Part shown: piece after piece, positions 1 to 8,128 of the stretch
Numbering within the stretch: position 1 is the first letter of the stretch
How the letters are laid out: each line of letters opens with the position of its first letter
From: an uncultured bacterium
GTDB lineage: Bacteria; Abyssobacteria; SURF-5
Reading direction: 5' to 3'
DNA length: 15,269 nt
Assembly (NCBI GenBank): GCA_964510165.1
Contig: CAZEBC010000012.1
Coordinates: 2,448 to 17,716, forward strand
Translations under genes and position numbers: made by a program
The notes under the pieces: model-generated
What the model saw: only the letters and a program-made list of their open reading frames with translations
Databases searched by the model: none
Told to the model about the DNA's origin: nothing

Positions 1-13
1 GGGCGCCCCTACA
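1..13 (-). repeat. Partial GTAG-type REP-like palindrome, truncated by the window edge
   Basis: The + strand gggcgcccctaca reads TGTAGGGGCGCCC on the - strand. It shares the end gcccctaca with the complete hairpin at 11733-11759. Confidence 0.6.
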
Positions 14-17
14 AATT

Positions 18-44
18 CGAAGGGCACGAAGGAACACGAAGAAG
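18..44 (+). repeat. Short tandem CACGAAG repeat
   Basis: cgaagggcacgaaggaacacgaagaag has CACGAAG at 25-31 and 35-41 (10-bp period) plus a partial CGAAG at 18-22. Confidence 0.45.
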
Positions 45-60
45 ATACAGGTCATTTCGA

Positions 61-975
61 TTGAAAAGACTCTCGCTCATTCTGAAACTCGCCGTTTCCG
101 CCGCCCTCCTCTTTATCCTGTTTCGGAACGCCAATCTCTCGAAAGCCGCTCAGTACATGGGTTCACTCCGATACTCGTTCGTCCTGGCCTCCGTAGTGCT
201 TATCGTGCTGGGCCAGATTGTGCGTTCGCACAGGTTGGCGGTGCTTGTGTTTGGCGTCGCGGCCTCCCGCAGGATGTGGGAGGTGCTTCGAATCCAGATG
301 GTCTCGTTTCTGCCCGGGATCATATCGCCCGCGAAGATAGGAGAAGTCGCCAAAGTCTACATGCTGAACAAGGAAGCGGAGGTGCCCGTATTGCGCGGGT
401 TGATATGTTTCGTGGCGGAGCGCGTGCTCGATCTCCTGTTGCTTGGGCCTCTCGCGGCACTGGGTCTTTTTGCTCTTTTTCGTTCAGGTCTGCATATTTA
501 TGTTGAACCCGGTTGGGTGCATGTGGCCGTCGTGGCGGGGGTGGCCGGTCTTGCAGCTTTGGCTGTGGGCCTGATATGGGCGCGTTGCCGCGGCATCACG
601 GCGGCAGCGGTATGGGAGACCGTGTCACCGCGAAACCTGCTAGAGGCGGCCGTTATGACGCTGCTCTATTGGGGAATCGTCTTCATCGAGGTCTGGTGTT
701 TCTGCAAGGCTTCTCTGTTCGACACGGCGGCGTGGCACATGGCGATAGTCATTCCGCCGGCTCTGCTGTCTTCGATGATACCGGTCGGCTTTTCGGGGTT
801 CGGCCTGCGTGAGGCCGCAATGGTGATATTGCTTCAGAGGCCCCCCTTGGGCGCCACTTATGAGCGGGCCCTCTTGATAAGCCTGTTATACGACATAATC
901 GGGCTGGGGATACCGGCGCTCATGGGGGCGCTGTTCTGGATGACGAAAAGGACCGATGCCGCTCCACAGTCTTGA
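61..975 (+). CDS. Lysylphosphatidylglycerol synthase TM-region / UPF0104 flippase-like membrane protein
   Basis: 304-aa polytopic hydrophobic ORF with a TTG start. Family motifs: LKLAVS at the N-terminus, P-AKIGEVAKVY, ERVLDL, and IPVGFSGFGLREAAM. Confidence 0.88.
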   Translation: MKRLSLILKLAVSAALLFILFRNANLSKAAQYMGSLRYSFVLASVVLIVLGQIVRSHRLAVLVFGVAASRRMWEVLRIQMVSFLPGIISPAKIGEVAKVYMLNKEAEVPVLRGLICFVAERVLDLLLLGPLAALGLFALFRSGLHIYVEPGWVHVAVVAGVAGLAALAVGLIWARCRGITAAAVWETVSPRNLLEAAVMTLLYWGIVFIEVWCFCKASLFDTAAWHMAIVIPPALLSSMIPVGFSGFGLREAAMVILLQRPPLGATYERALLISLLYDIIGLGIPALMGALFWMTKRTDAAPQS

Positions 976-3586
976 GATAAGGAATCGGGAAATCCTGATC
1001 GATCATGCCGTCGTCGGGATCTTGGCCACCGTTGCGCCCGAAGGCGTGAAAGCGAGCGCCGACTTGTCCAGCGAGGCGGGCGTGGTGAAGCTGAAGGTGC
1101 GCTGGGTTGTCGAGAGAACTCCTGAGCGATTTGCTCCGCTGGAGATGCTCAGGTTCCGGCTCGGCGAGTTCTATCCCAACGCCGCCTTCGTGGGCGGCAG
1201 GCGATACCGGTTCTCGCCATCGGAATCCATCGGCTCCAAACGGCTGAAATTCCCTTACAATTCATACTATAAATTCCGCATTAGCTGCCCGCCCGCATTC
1301 GACGCGGCGCTGTTTTCGAAAATGCCTCTCGCCTGTTGGCAGGAACCTCACCGCGCCTTCGCAGTCGCGTTTCCGAAGTATGTGACGCTTGGCGGGCACA
1401 CCCTGCCGCTATTCGTCAGCGCCAGCGGCGCGGAGGCCTCGGTCGAATTCTGCGCCGCCATCCTGAGAGATTTCCAGGTGGACCGAAAGCCGTTCGGATG
1501 GTTCAGCACGCGCGTGGAGCGGAAGGAGCAGGATCTCGATATTCCGTCGGGCGAATTCGAGGCCAAGTTTGTGCTGGTTTCAGCGGACACGTGGACCGAA
1601 TGCGTCTCAGCCTGCGCGGGGCACATCTATCCGGCTGATTCCGCGGAACAGCAAAGTCGCAGCCAAAGTCCCTCACCCTGCCCTCTTGCGGTGGGAGAGG
1701 GTCCGCAAGTAAGCTCTGTCCCAGTGGGAGAGGGTTGGGGTGAGGGCTCGAATGCGCTGCACTCGGCCGTTCGGTTCTACAATCGGGCCTGGGACTGCCG
1801 GAATCGCACGCACATGCATTTGCCGCTCAAGAACGTGCCGGGCTTCGAGTCCGTCGAATTCAAGCATTCGCACATCACGGACGACCTCACGAAGCTGGTA
1901 CTCTACCGCAGGCTGAGCAAGGCTGGTTACAGCGAACTGGAGGCGAGGGAGAGGGAATTAGCGGGGAAACTATCGAGCGGCGCATATCTTTATCATGTTG
2001 ACGGCGCATCACTGTGGCACACCACCACGTATTTCAACGGAGAGGGTCTGGAAGCGTTCACACATCACGGGATTGGCTTCGTCGGATTCCCCGGCGGGAT
2101 GGCGACGGTCGTGAGACGGCTGTTTGAGTATTGCTCGCTCCGAGAGAGCCGCGAGTTTGAAGGGCTTGCCGCGGCTGGCGCCGACTGGCTCGTTAACGTA
2201 CAGGCCGAGGACGGCTCCTGGCCGGCCACGTTGGATGACGGGCGAGGAAATTACGTCGGCTGTGTCGCCAGCACTGCCGAGGCCGCCCGCGCGCTGATAG
2301 CCGCATATTTGTATTCCGAGAGAGACAGGTACCGCGCATGCGCCGATCGGGCGATGCGGTTCGTAAACCGGGAGCGCAGTTTCTTCGAGTGTCGGCAATA
2401 CCTGCGCGACGTTGACCCTGGCGAAAGCGACGGCATCACGGCGGAGGCGTGCATCCACGCCAATCTCGACTGGCATTACGTCAGCCGCGATGAAAGCTTC
2501 ATCGAGCAGGCGACCAAATGGGGTTGGTATGCGCTCCAGTGGGTGCGCCCGCCGGAGGATGGCATTGGGACTTCGTTCGACGGATTGTCTCGCTCGATAA
2601 CTCCGCGAATTGACGTGTGGGGCGGCCTTCTTGCTGCCCGCTCGTTCCTGAGGCTTTCGCGCGCGACCGGCAAGTCCCTCTGGAGCGAGCAGGCATGGAG
2701 GCTCTTCAACACCATCGCGGAGTTGCAGGAACGTGATGGAGGCCTCTGCGAAACATGGTTTCTCGATTATCCCTCGGGCCTCGAGAGCATCCACGTCGAG
2801 CCGTCGTTTGCCGCCGACGCCCTCGTCGAATTCCTGCTCGACGCCTCGGAGGAAGAAGGCGCAAATCCGGGGTTGCTTGCGCCCCGCTCAGAGAGCGCAA
2901 GCGTTCAGCCCCGGCTTTCGCTTTCGGAAGATGGCAGGAGCATGGTTCGGATATCCAGAGAGCGACCCGAATTTTTGATCGACCACGAGCTTCGGCTTGG
3001 TTTCGCTTTCGATGGCGCGTATGACTGGGCAAGTGGAATCAGACAATCGCTCTACACGACGCTGCGCGAAATCCGCACGGGTCGGCAGTTGCTCAAGCTG
3101 TTTCCCGTGGCGAGGATCGCATTCAACCGGCGGAGAGTGTGCCCGCCGATCTCGAGTATCGGGAGGAGCAGTACCATTGAGGTGACAGACCTTAAGGTCG
3201 AGCCAACAAAGGATGGAACACCCGCGTATAAATATCAGACTCCCATTCATGAGTTCAGGCTCTCAGTTGTCTCAGCGGGAGTGGATGCTGACAATCATTC
3301 TGTCGCCGACCTGGAATTCGATGCTCAAACCATCGCTGGCGATATTCGGCTCAACCAGGCGCGAATTGACTTGGAAGGCCGCTATGAGATAAAGTCGGTC
3401 CGTGGGAAAGAGGAGGTCATCGTGGCCGCCAGCCAGCACGAATACTCGATTCAGGTGCTTGACGGCTGGGTGGACGGCATTCTTCGCGATGGCCAAAGGC
3501 TTTCATTTGACATCAGCCTGTGCTCGAACTGGAATTATTTCGGCGAGTACAACCTTCGTGTGCGGGTTGTGCGGCGTCCGAAGTAA
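956..3586 (+). CDS. 876-aa hypothetical protein with a probable central alpha/alpha-barrel domain (QW-repeat, prenyltransferase-like or six-hairpin glycosidase-like)
   Basis: Long ORF overlapping the upstream gene by 20 bp, with a purine-rich AAAAGGA just before the ATG. QW-like motif GADWLVNVQAEDGSW (2177-2221), a degenerate copy AELQERDGGL, and helical repeats such as STAEAARALIAAY and AARSFLRLSRATG. Function is not assignable. Confidence 0.75.
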   Translation: MPLHSLEIRNREILIDHAVVGILATVAPEGVKASADLSSEAGVVKLKVRWVVERTPERFAPLEMLRFRLGEFYPNAAFVGGRRYRFSPSESIGSKRLKFPYNSYYKFRISCPPAFDAALFSKMPLACWQEPHRAFAVAFPKYVTLGGHTLPLFVSASGAEASVEFCAAILRDFQVDRKPFGWFSTRVERKEQDLDIPSGEFEAKFVLVSADTWTECVSACAGHIYPADSAEQQSRSQSPSPCPLAVGEGPQVSSVPVGEGWGEGSNALHSAVRFYNRAWDCRNRTHMHLPLKNVPGFESVEFKHSHITDDLTKLVLYRRLSKAGYSELEARERELAGKLSSGAYLYHVDGASLWHTTTYFNGEGLEAFTHHGIGFVGFPGGMATVVRRLFEYCSLRESREFEGLAAAGADWLVNVQAEDGSWPATLDDGRGNYVGCVASTAEAARALIAAYLYSERDRYRACADRAMRFVNRERSFFECRQYLRDVDPGESDGITAEACIHANLDWHYVSRDESFIEQATKWGWYALQWVRPPEDGIGTSFDGLSRSITPRIDVWGGLLAARSFLRLSRATGKSLWSEQAWRLFNTIAELQERDGGLCETWFLDYPSGLESIHVEPSFAADALVEFLLDASEEEGANPGLLAPRSESASVQPRLSLSEDGRSMVRISRERPEFLIDHELRLGFAFDGAYDWASGIRQSLYTTLREIRTGRQLLKLFPVARIAFNRRRVCPPISSIGRSSTIEVTDLKVEPTKDGTPAYKYQTPIHEFRLSVVSAGVDADNHSVADLEFDAQTIAGDIRLNQARIDLEGRYEIKSVRGKEEVIVAASQHEYSIQVLDGWVDGILRDGQRLSFDISLCSNWNYFGEYNLRVRVVRRPK
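1670..1746. repeat. Palindromic repeat element (CCCTCACCC...GGGTGAGGG) read in frame within the 876-aa CDS
   Basis: Two inverted ~33-bp units (1670-1701 and 1714-1746) with perfect 9-bp terminal IRs, plus a 12-bp direct repeat GTGGGAGAGGGT at 1691-1702 and 1724-1735. Translates as PSPCPLAVGEG..VPVGEGWGEG. Confidence 0.8.
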
Positions 3587-3609
3587 ACGGGCTGGCTCAT
3601 CGGGAGGAG

Positions 3610-4803
3610 ATGGGGTCTTTCATTCTGGCAATCTCGCTTGTTGCGCTGGGCATCGCCCTAGGCGAATACGTTCTCTACAATCTTGTCATTGTGTTCGCCG
3701 GTCTCCTCCGCTATCCAAGACGAGACTTCGACTTCACACCGCCTATTACCGTCGTCATCCCCGCATACAACGAAGAGCGACACCTGGGCAGAAGACTGGA
3801 GAACGTCCTGGCTTCGGATTATCCGCGCGAGTTGATGGAGGTCATCGTGGTTGACGATGGCTCCACTGACCGGACCGCCGAGGTGGCGCGTGAATTTGAA
3901 GACGAAGGCGTGAGGCTCATCCGTTCGGAGGAGCGCCGCGGCAAGATATACGTCCAGAAAATGGCCTTCTCGGAGGCGAACGCCGACATAGTCTGTATCA
4001 CGGATGCGACCGTACTGACGCCACCCGATGCCCTTCGAAAGCTGGCGTCCCATATGGCCGATGCGCAGGTGGGGGCGGTCTCCGCGCGCATCCGGGTCCG
4101 CAACCGCGATGTCAATTATCTGACGCGGGTTGCGCAATTTCTGTTTGACATACAGAACGCGCAGAAGTTCGGTGAGAGCATGCTCGACAGCGCCGCCGGC
4201 CTGTTCGGGCAGTTCTCGCTCGTTCGGCGCGAGGCGGTGGGGGATTTCTCCACTGACGTCATTTACGAGGACCGTGAATTCGGCATCGCGTTGAGGGAGC
4301 GCGGGTTCAGGGCGCGGCTGGAGCCCGGCGCGACAGCCGGCTATCATGCTGCTGAGACGCTCGATGATTTCTCGCGCCAGAAACAGCGCAATATCGGCGC
4401 GATGACTCAGTCGCTCGCGCGGCACCGCAATCTGTTGTTCAATCCGCGATATGGCTGGTATGGACTTCTGATTTTTCCGGAATATTCTCTGTTCCGCATG
4501 CTGAGAATTTATCTGCTCGCGGTCTCGTTTGTGGGCGCGTTCGTTTACGTTGCGGCATTCGAGCCTGCGTCGGCTGTCGCGCTCCTTGTTTCGATGACGG
4601 GCGCAGTGTTCGTCGCGTATGTTGTCGGGACGGCGCTGCTGGCGCCGCTGGTGGCTGAACCGGGCAGGTTTCTTCTCGATATCTTCACCGCGATTCCCGC
4701 GATGGCGCTTGTGGCGCTTCATCTGGCCACGGCTGTCGTACGATACTTCAGGGGCGATTTCACCGCCTTGTGGGAGCGCGTGAAACGCCAGCGGACGGTG
4801 TGA
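3610..4803 (+). CDS. Membrane-bound glycosyltransferase family 2 (CESA-like / PgaC-like)
   Basis: Motifs VVIPAYNEE, VIVVDDGSTDRT, RGK, and ED (IYEDREF), with one N-terminal and several C-terminal TM helices. ATG at 3610 follows GGAGG and avoids overlap with the upstream gene. The ORF track starts at 3520. Confidence 0.92.
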   Translation: MGSFILAISLVALGIALGEYVLYNLVIVFAGLLRYPRRDFDFTPPITVVIPAYNEERHLGRRLENVLASDYPRELMEVIVVDDGSTDRTAEVAREFEDEGVRLIRSEERRGKIYVQKMAFSEANADIVCITDATVLTPPDALRKLASHMADAQVGAVSARIRVRNRDVNYLTRVAQFLFDIQNAQKFGESMLDSAAGLFGQFSLVRREAVGDFSTDVIYEDREFGIALRERGFRARLEPGATAGYHAAETLDDFSRQKQRNIGAMTQSLARHRNLLFNPRYGWYGLLIFPEYSLFRMLRIYLLAVSFVGAFVYVAAFEPASAVALLVSMTGAVFVAYVVGTALLAPLVAEPGRFLLDIFTAIPAMALVALHLATAVVRYFRGDFTALWERVKRQRTV

Positions 4804-4805
4804 GC

Positions 4806-6236
4806 ATGAAGGCGCTCTTGTTGAACCCTCAGCCGCAGCGGGACGTGGTGATCAGCCGCGATCACATGGGAGGTTTCGGCTTCGAGATAAAGAGCAATAA
4901 TCTCACTCCTCCCCTGACGCTCGCCTATTGCGCGTCGGTGATGGAGAGCATCGGACTTGATGTCGAGATACTCGACGCGGTCGCGCTGGGCTGGAAGCCT
5001 GACACCGTGCTGGCGTGGATTCGCGAGCGAGCGTTCGTCTTTGTGGCTGTCAATACGGCCACGCCCTCGATACGAGATGACCTCGCGATTGCCGATTCGA
5101 TCAAGCAGTCGCAGCCGGAGAGCTTTGTCACGCTGCTCGGGCCGCACGTGTCGATTTTTGCCGAGGATGCACTTCGCGAATCGCGCGCCGACGCGGTCGC
5201 GCGCGGCGAGCCTGAGTATACGCTGTCCGAATTGGCCGATGCAGTGGCTCGAAGCAAGCCGCGTGGGGGGATATCGAGTCTGAGCCTCAGGGACAGGGAC
5301 CGAATTGTGCACTTCCCCGACCGGCCTCCGATAGAGAATCTGGACGCGCTGCCGTTTCCGGCGCGTCATTTGCTTCCTATGTCGCGCTACCGCTCCGCCG
5401 TATGGGGGAAGCGACCGTTCACCACGATGCTCAGCAGCCGCGGCTGTTTCTACGGATGTTCGTATTGTCCGTATCGGATTGCGCATGGGACACACTGGCG
5501 AGCCCGCAGCCCTGAGAACGTGGTCGCGGAGATCGAGCAATGCGTCAGCAAATTGGGGGTTCGTGAGATACTGTTTCGCGATCCCCTGTTCACGGCAGAC
5601 CAGGAGCGGGCTCGACGGATATGTGAACTTATTGTGAATCGAGGGATCAGGGTGGATTGGCGGTGCGAGACGCGGGCGGACCTGGTGACTGAGGAGTTGA
5701 TCGAATGGTTCGCGCGTGCCGGCTGCAAGGAGATCAATTTCGGGGTGGAATCGGCGAATCCACAGGTTCTCAAGGGAGTCAAGCGCACTCCAATTTCCTC
5801 CGCGCGGATTCGCTCGATTTTCGAAACGTGCCGCAAGAACGACATCGAGACGATGGCGTTCTTCATCATAGGACTTCCCGGCGAGACCCAAGACACGGTC
5901 GAAGAGACCGTGCAGCTCGCGATCGAGTTGAATCCTGATATTGTTCAATTCACCGCCGCTACCCCCTACCCTCACACACCGTATTATGAACAGCTCAAGC
6001 AGGAGGGACTGCTTGTCGAGGACTGGTCGCTGTTCACGAGTCGCGCGCCGGTCCTTGGCACACGCGCGCTCACGCCCGACAGGCTTTGCGCTCTCATAAA
6101 CCATGCCTATCGCAGGTTCTATTTCAGGCCCTCATACGCGCTTGGCCGCGCGAGAAAGCTCAGGTCGGCTCACGAGGCGGTTCGACTCTGGAAGGGGATG
6201 TGGAGCGCAATGAAGTATGCGGGCCTCTCCCGATGA
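4806..6236 (+). CDS. Cobalamin-binding radical SAM protein (class B; HpnJ/BchE-like superfamily)
   Basis: N-terminal B12-binding-like domain (PPLTLAY, LLGPHVS, RGEPE, NLDALPFPAR), SSRGCFYGCSYC (CxxxCxxC), FGVES, FIIGLPGET and TPYPHT. ATG lies 2 bp after the GT2 stop. The ORF track starts at 4770. Confidence 0.93.
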   Translation: MKALLLNPQPQRDVVISRDHMGGFGFEIKSNNLTPPLTLAYCASVMESIGLDVEILDAVALGWKPDTVLAWIRERAFVFVAVNTATPSIRDDLAIADSIKQSQPESFVTLLGPHVSIFAEDALRESRADAVARGEPEYTLSELADAVARSKPRGGISSLSLRDRDRIVHFPDRPPIENLDALPFPARHLLPMSRYRSAVWGKRPFTTMLSSRGCFYGCSYCPYRIAHGTHWRARSPENVVAEIEQCVSKLGVREILFRDPLFTADQERARRICELIVNRGIRVDWRCETRADLVTEELIEWFARAGCKEINFGVESANPQVLKGVKRTPISSARIRSIFETCRKNDIETMAFFIIGLPGETQDTVEETVQLAIELNPDIVQFTAATPYPHTPYYEQLKQEGLLVEDWSLFTSRAPVLGTRALTPDRLCALINHAYRRFYFRPSYALGRARKLRSAHEAVRLWKGMWSAMKYAGLSR

Positions 6237-6261
6237 GAGAATCGTAACTCCATGCCCGCGC

Positions 6262-6291
6262 TTGATTTCAGCAAGAGCTTAAATATATAAT
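6262..6291 (+). promoter_or_regulatory. Sigma70-type promoter for the GYF/TPR - GT-C gene pair
   Basis: TTGATT (6262-6267), an 18-bp spacer, then TATAAT (6286-6291), in an AT-rich intergenic patch of a GC-rich window. Confidence 0.65.
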
Positions 6292-6367
6292 TGAGCTTGT
6301 GGTTGCCTGAATCCGGCAGCGGTTCCCGGCGTCAAGTTGCTGGACGGTTTCTGAAATTCCGTCCAAA

Positions 6368-8128
6368 ATGGGAGAGACGATGACGGACGCGCATGAACCC
6401 AGAAACTGGAAAGTGAAGAAACAGGACGGCAGCCGTCTCGAGCCCGCCAATCTCGATGTGCTCAGGCATTGGGTGGCCTCCGGCCAGATCGAGCCTGATG
6501 ACATGATCATCAACGACGACCTCGCCGACTGGATTCGCGCCGCCGAAGTGCTCGAGCTATTTGACCTTTTTGAAGAGGGCGGCGAGACCACCTCGCGCCC
6601 GCGCAAAGTCGAGGCGCATCCCCCGAAGGAGCAGAAAGAGGACATCGAGATTCCCGACTGTGTCAATCATGCGGGCAGGCCTGCCGAGACGATATGCGTC
6701 GGCTGCGGAAAATTCATTTGCAAAGAATGCCGCGAGCAAATGGAGGGCAAGGTCTACTGCCGGAGGTGCGCGGCGGAGAAGAAGGCGGGCGTCGAACCCG
6801 GCGCGCCGGTCGGACCGGGCGCGCCCAGGAATCTGCAGGGACACGGTGCTGCGCCGCCATCCATGAGCAGGCTTGCGATCGCAAGCCTCGTGTGTGCCGT
6901 CGTGGCCGTTCTGTCATCGTTTGTGATGGTCCTTCCAAGATATGCTCTGGCGGCTGCTCCGGCAATCGGGCTGATAGCCTTCATCGCCGTTCTGCTTGGG
7001 GGCTTGGCGCTCAACCGGTTGAGGCGCGGGCCGGCGATGCAGCGAGGCAGACAGTTCGCGATGGCGGGACTTATCTCGGGAGGAGTGGCGCTTGCGGTTT
7101 CGCTTACGGTGGTCGTCATTTTCGCAGGCCAGGTTCGGACCGGCGAGGGCGGACAGACGACAGCCGGCCTTGAAAACGTTATTCCGGGGCGTCAGCCGAG
7201 GACTCAACCTCCGCCGCCGCTCTCGAGGGAGGCGCGTGAGGAACGCGAGGCCAACGCCAAAGCGCTCCTCGCAGAAATCGAACGGTACCTGAACGAAGGC
7301 GACCTTGAGCAGGCAGTGAGCGTGGGCCGGACCGTGCTCGGGCTATATCCGGAAACGCAGACGGCCGAAGTCGTGAAGGAGAGGTTTCCGGCTCTCGAAC
7401 AGGCCCTTGCAAACAAGAAGGCGCAAGAAGAGGAACTGACGCGCCAGAACGAACAACTCGCGCGGCAACGCCTGGACCATGCTCTGCAGATGTACTCGGA
7501 GGGCAACCGGGTCACTGCGCTTGACCTTCTCAAGAGCATTGTTGAGAGCTATCCACAGACACGCGCAGCCGAGGAGGCCAGGGCCGAAATCGCGAAGATC
7601 GAAAAGGCCGTCGCAGACCAGCGTCTGAGGAGGCTTGAGGAGGAGGCCTCTCATCTCGCGGAAGAAGCCGAGCAACGGATGCAGTCGGAGCAGTATGGCG
7701 AGGCGGTAAGCATCTATCGCGACATCCTGAGCCGATACCAACAGACCCCGACCGCTTCGGCGGTGAAATCCAGGCTGCAAGAGGCCGAGCTTCTTGCGAG
7801 CGACCCTTCGGAGCGCGAGTTTCGCAGACTCAAGGATAGTCTGCAGAATCTGACCTACGAGGAATCCATCTCGGCCCTGCGGGATTTCATTGTGAAGTAT
7901 CCCCAGAGCGGCCGCGTTGCCGAAGCCAGAGGGCTGCTCGATGAGAATCAGACCCATAAGAACGCGGCAGACAGCCTTTATAATTTTGGGCACGCATACT
8001 TCGAGGAAGGGAAATACAGCGTCGCCCTGGGACGGTACGACAAGCTGATAAAGGAATTCCCTCGGAGCCGCTGGATTCCTCAGGCGCAGAAGGAATACGA
8101 GCAGACGCTCGAAGAACTCCAGCAGTGA
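6368..8128 (+). CDS. Multidomain membrane protein: GYF_2 (DUF4339)-like + B-box zinc finger + DUF4190-like TM segment + TPR repeats
   Basis: GYF_2-like segment WKVKKQDGSRLEP..LRHWVASGQIEPDDMI..DWIRAAEV. B-box-like CVNH..CVGCGKFICKEC..YCRRC (6659-6769). DUF4190-like SRLAIASLV..LGGLAL..GRQFAMAGLISG. Five YPxT/S-type TPR ends. Alternative start at 6380. Confidence 0.85.
   Translation: MGETMTDAHEPRNWKVKKQDGSRLEPANLDVLRHWVASGQIEPDDMIINDDLADWIRAAEVLELFDLFEEGGETTSRPRKVEAHPPKEQKEDIEIPDCVNHAGRPAETICVGCGKFICKECREQMEGKVYCRRCAAEKKAGVEPGAPVGPGAPRNLQGHGAAPPSMSRLAIASLVCAVVAVLSSFVMVLPRYALAAAPAIGLIAFIAVLLGGLALNRLRRGPAMQRGRQFAMAGLISGGVALAVSLTVVVIFAGQVRTGEGGQTTAGLENVIPGRQPRTQPPPPLSREAREEREANAKALLAEIERYLNEGDLEQAVSVGRTVLGLYPETQTAEVVKERFPALEQALANKKAQEEELTRQNEQLARQRLDHALQMYSEGNRVTALDLLKSIVESYPQTRAAEEARAEIAKIEKAVADQRLRRLEEEASHLAEEAEQRMQSEQYGEAVSIYRDILSRYQQTPTASAVKSRLQEAELLASDPSEREFRRLKDSLQNLTYEESISALRDFIVKYPQSGRVAEARGLLDENQTHKNAADSLYNFGHAYFEEGKYSVALGRYDKLIKEFPRSRWIPQAQKEYEQTLEELQQ

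Noticed and set aside
956..3586. Calling the 876-aa protein a squalene-hopene cyclase
   Set aside because: It has only one clear QW-like motif and no DxDD catalytic motif.
3658..4722. 354-aa ORF antisense to the GT2 gene
   Set aside because: Shadow ORF with no independent support.
4719..6104. 461-aa ORF antisense to the radical SAM gene
   Set aside because: No recognisable motifs. It is a shadow ORF expected from high GC and codon bias.
4806..6236. Assigning hpnJ, hpnP or bchE, or a RiPP-maturase role, to the radical SAM gene
   Set aside because: The motifs support only the B12-radical SAM superfamily, and no plausible precursor peptide gene is nearby.
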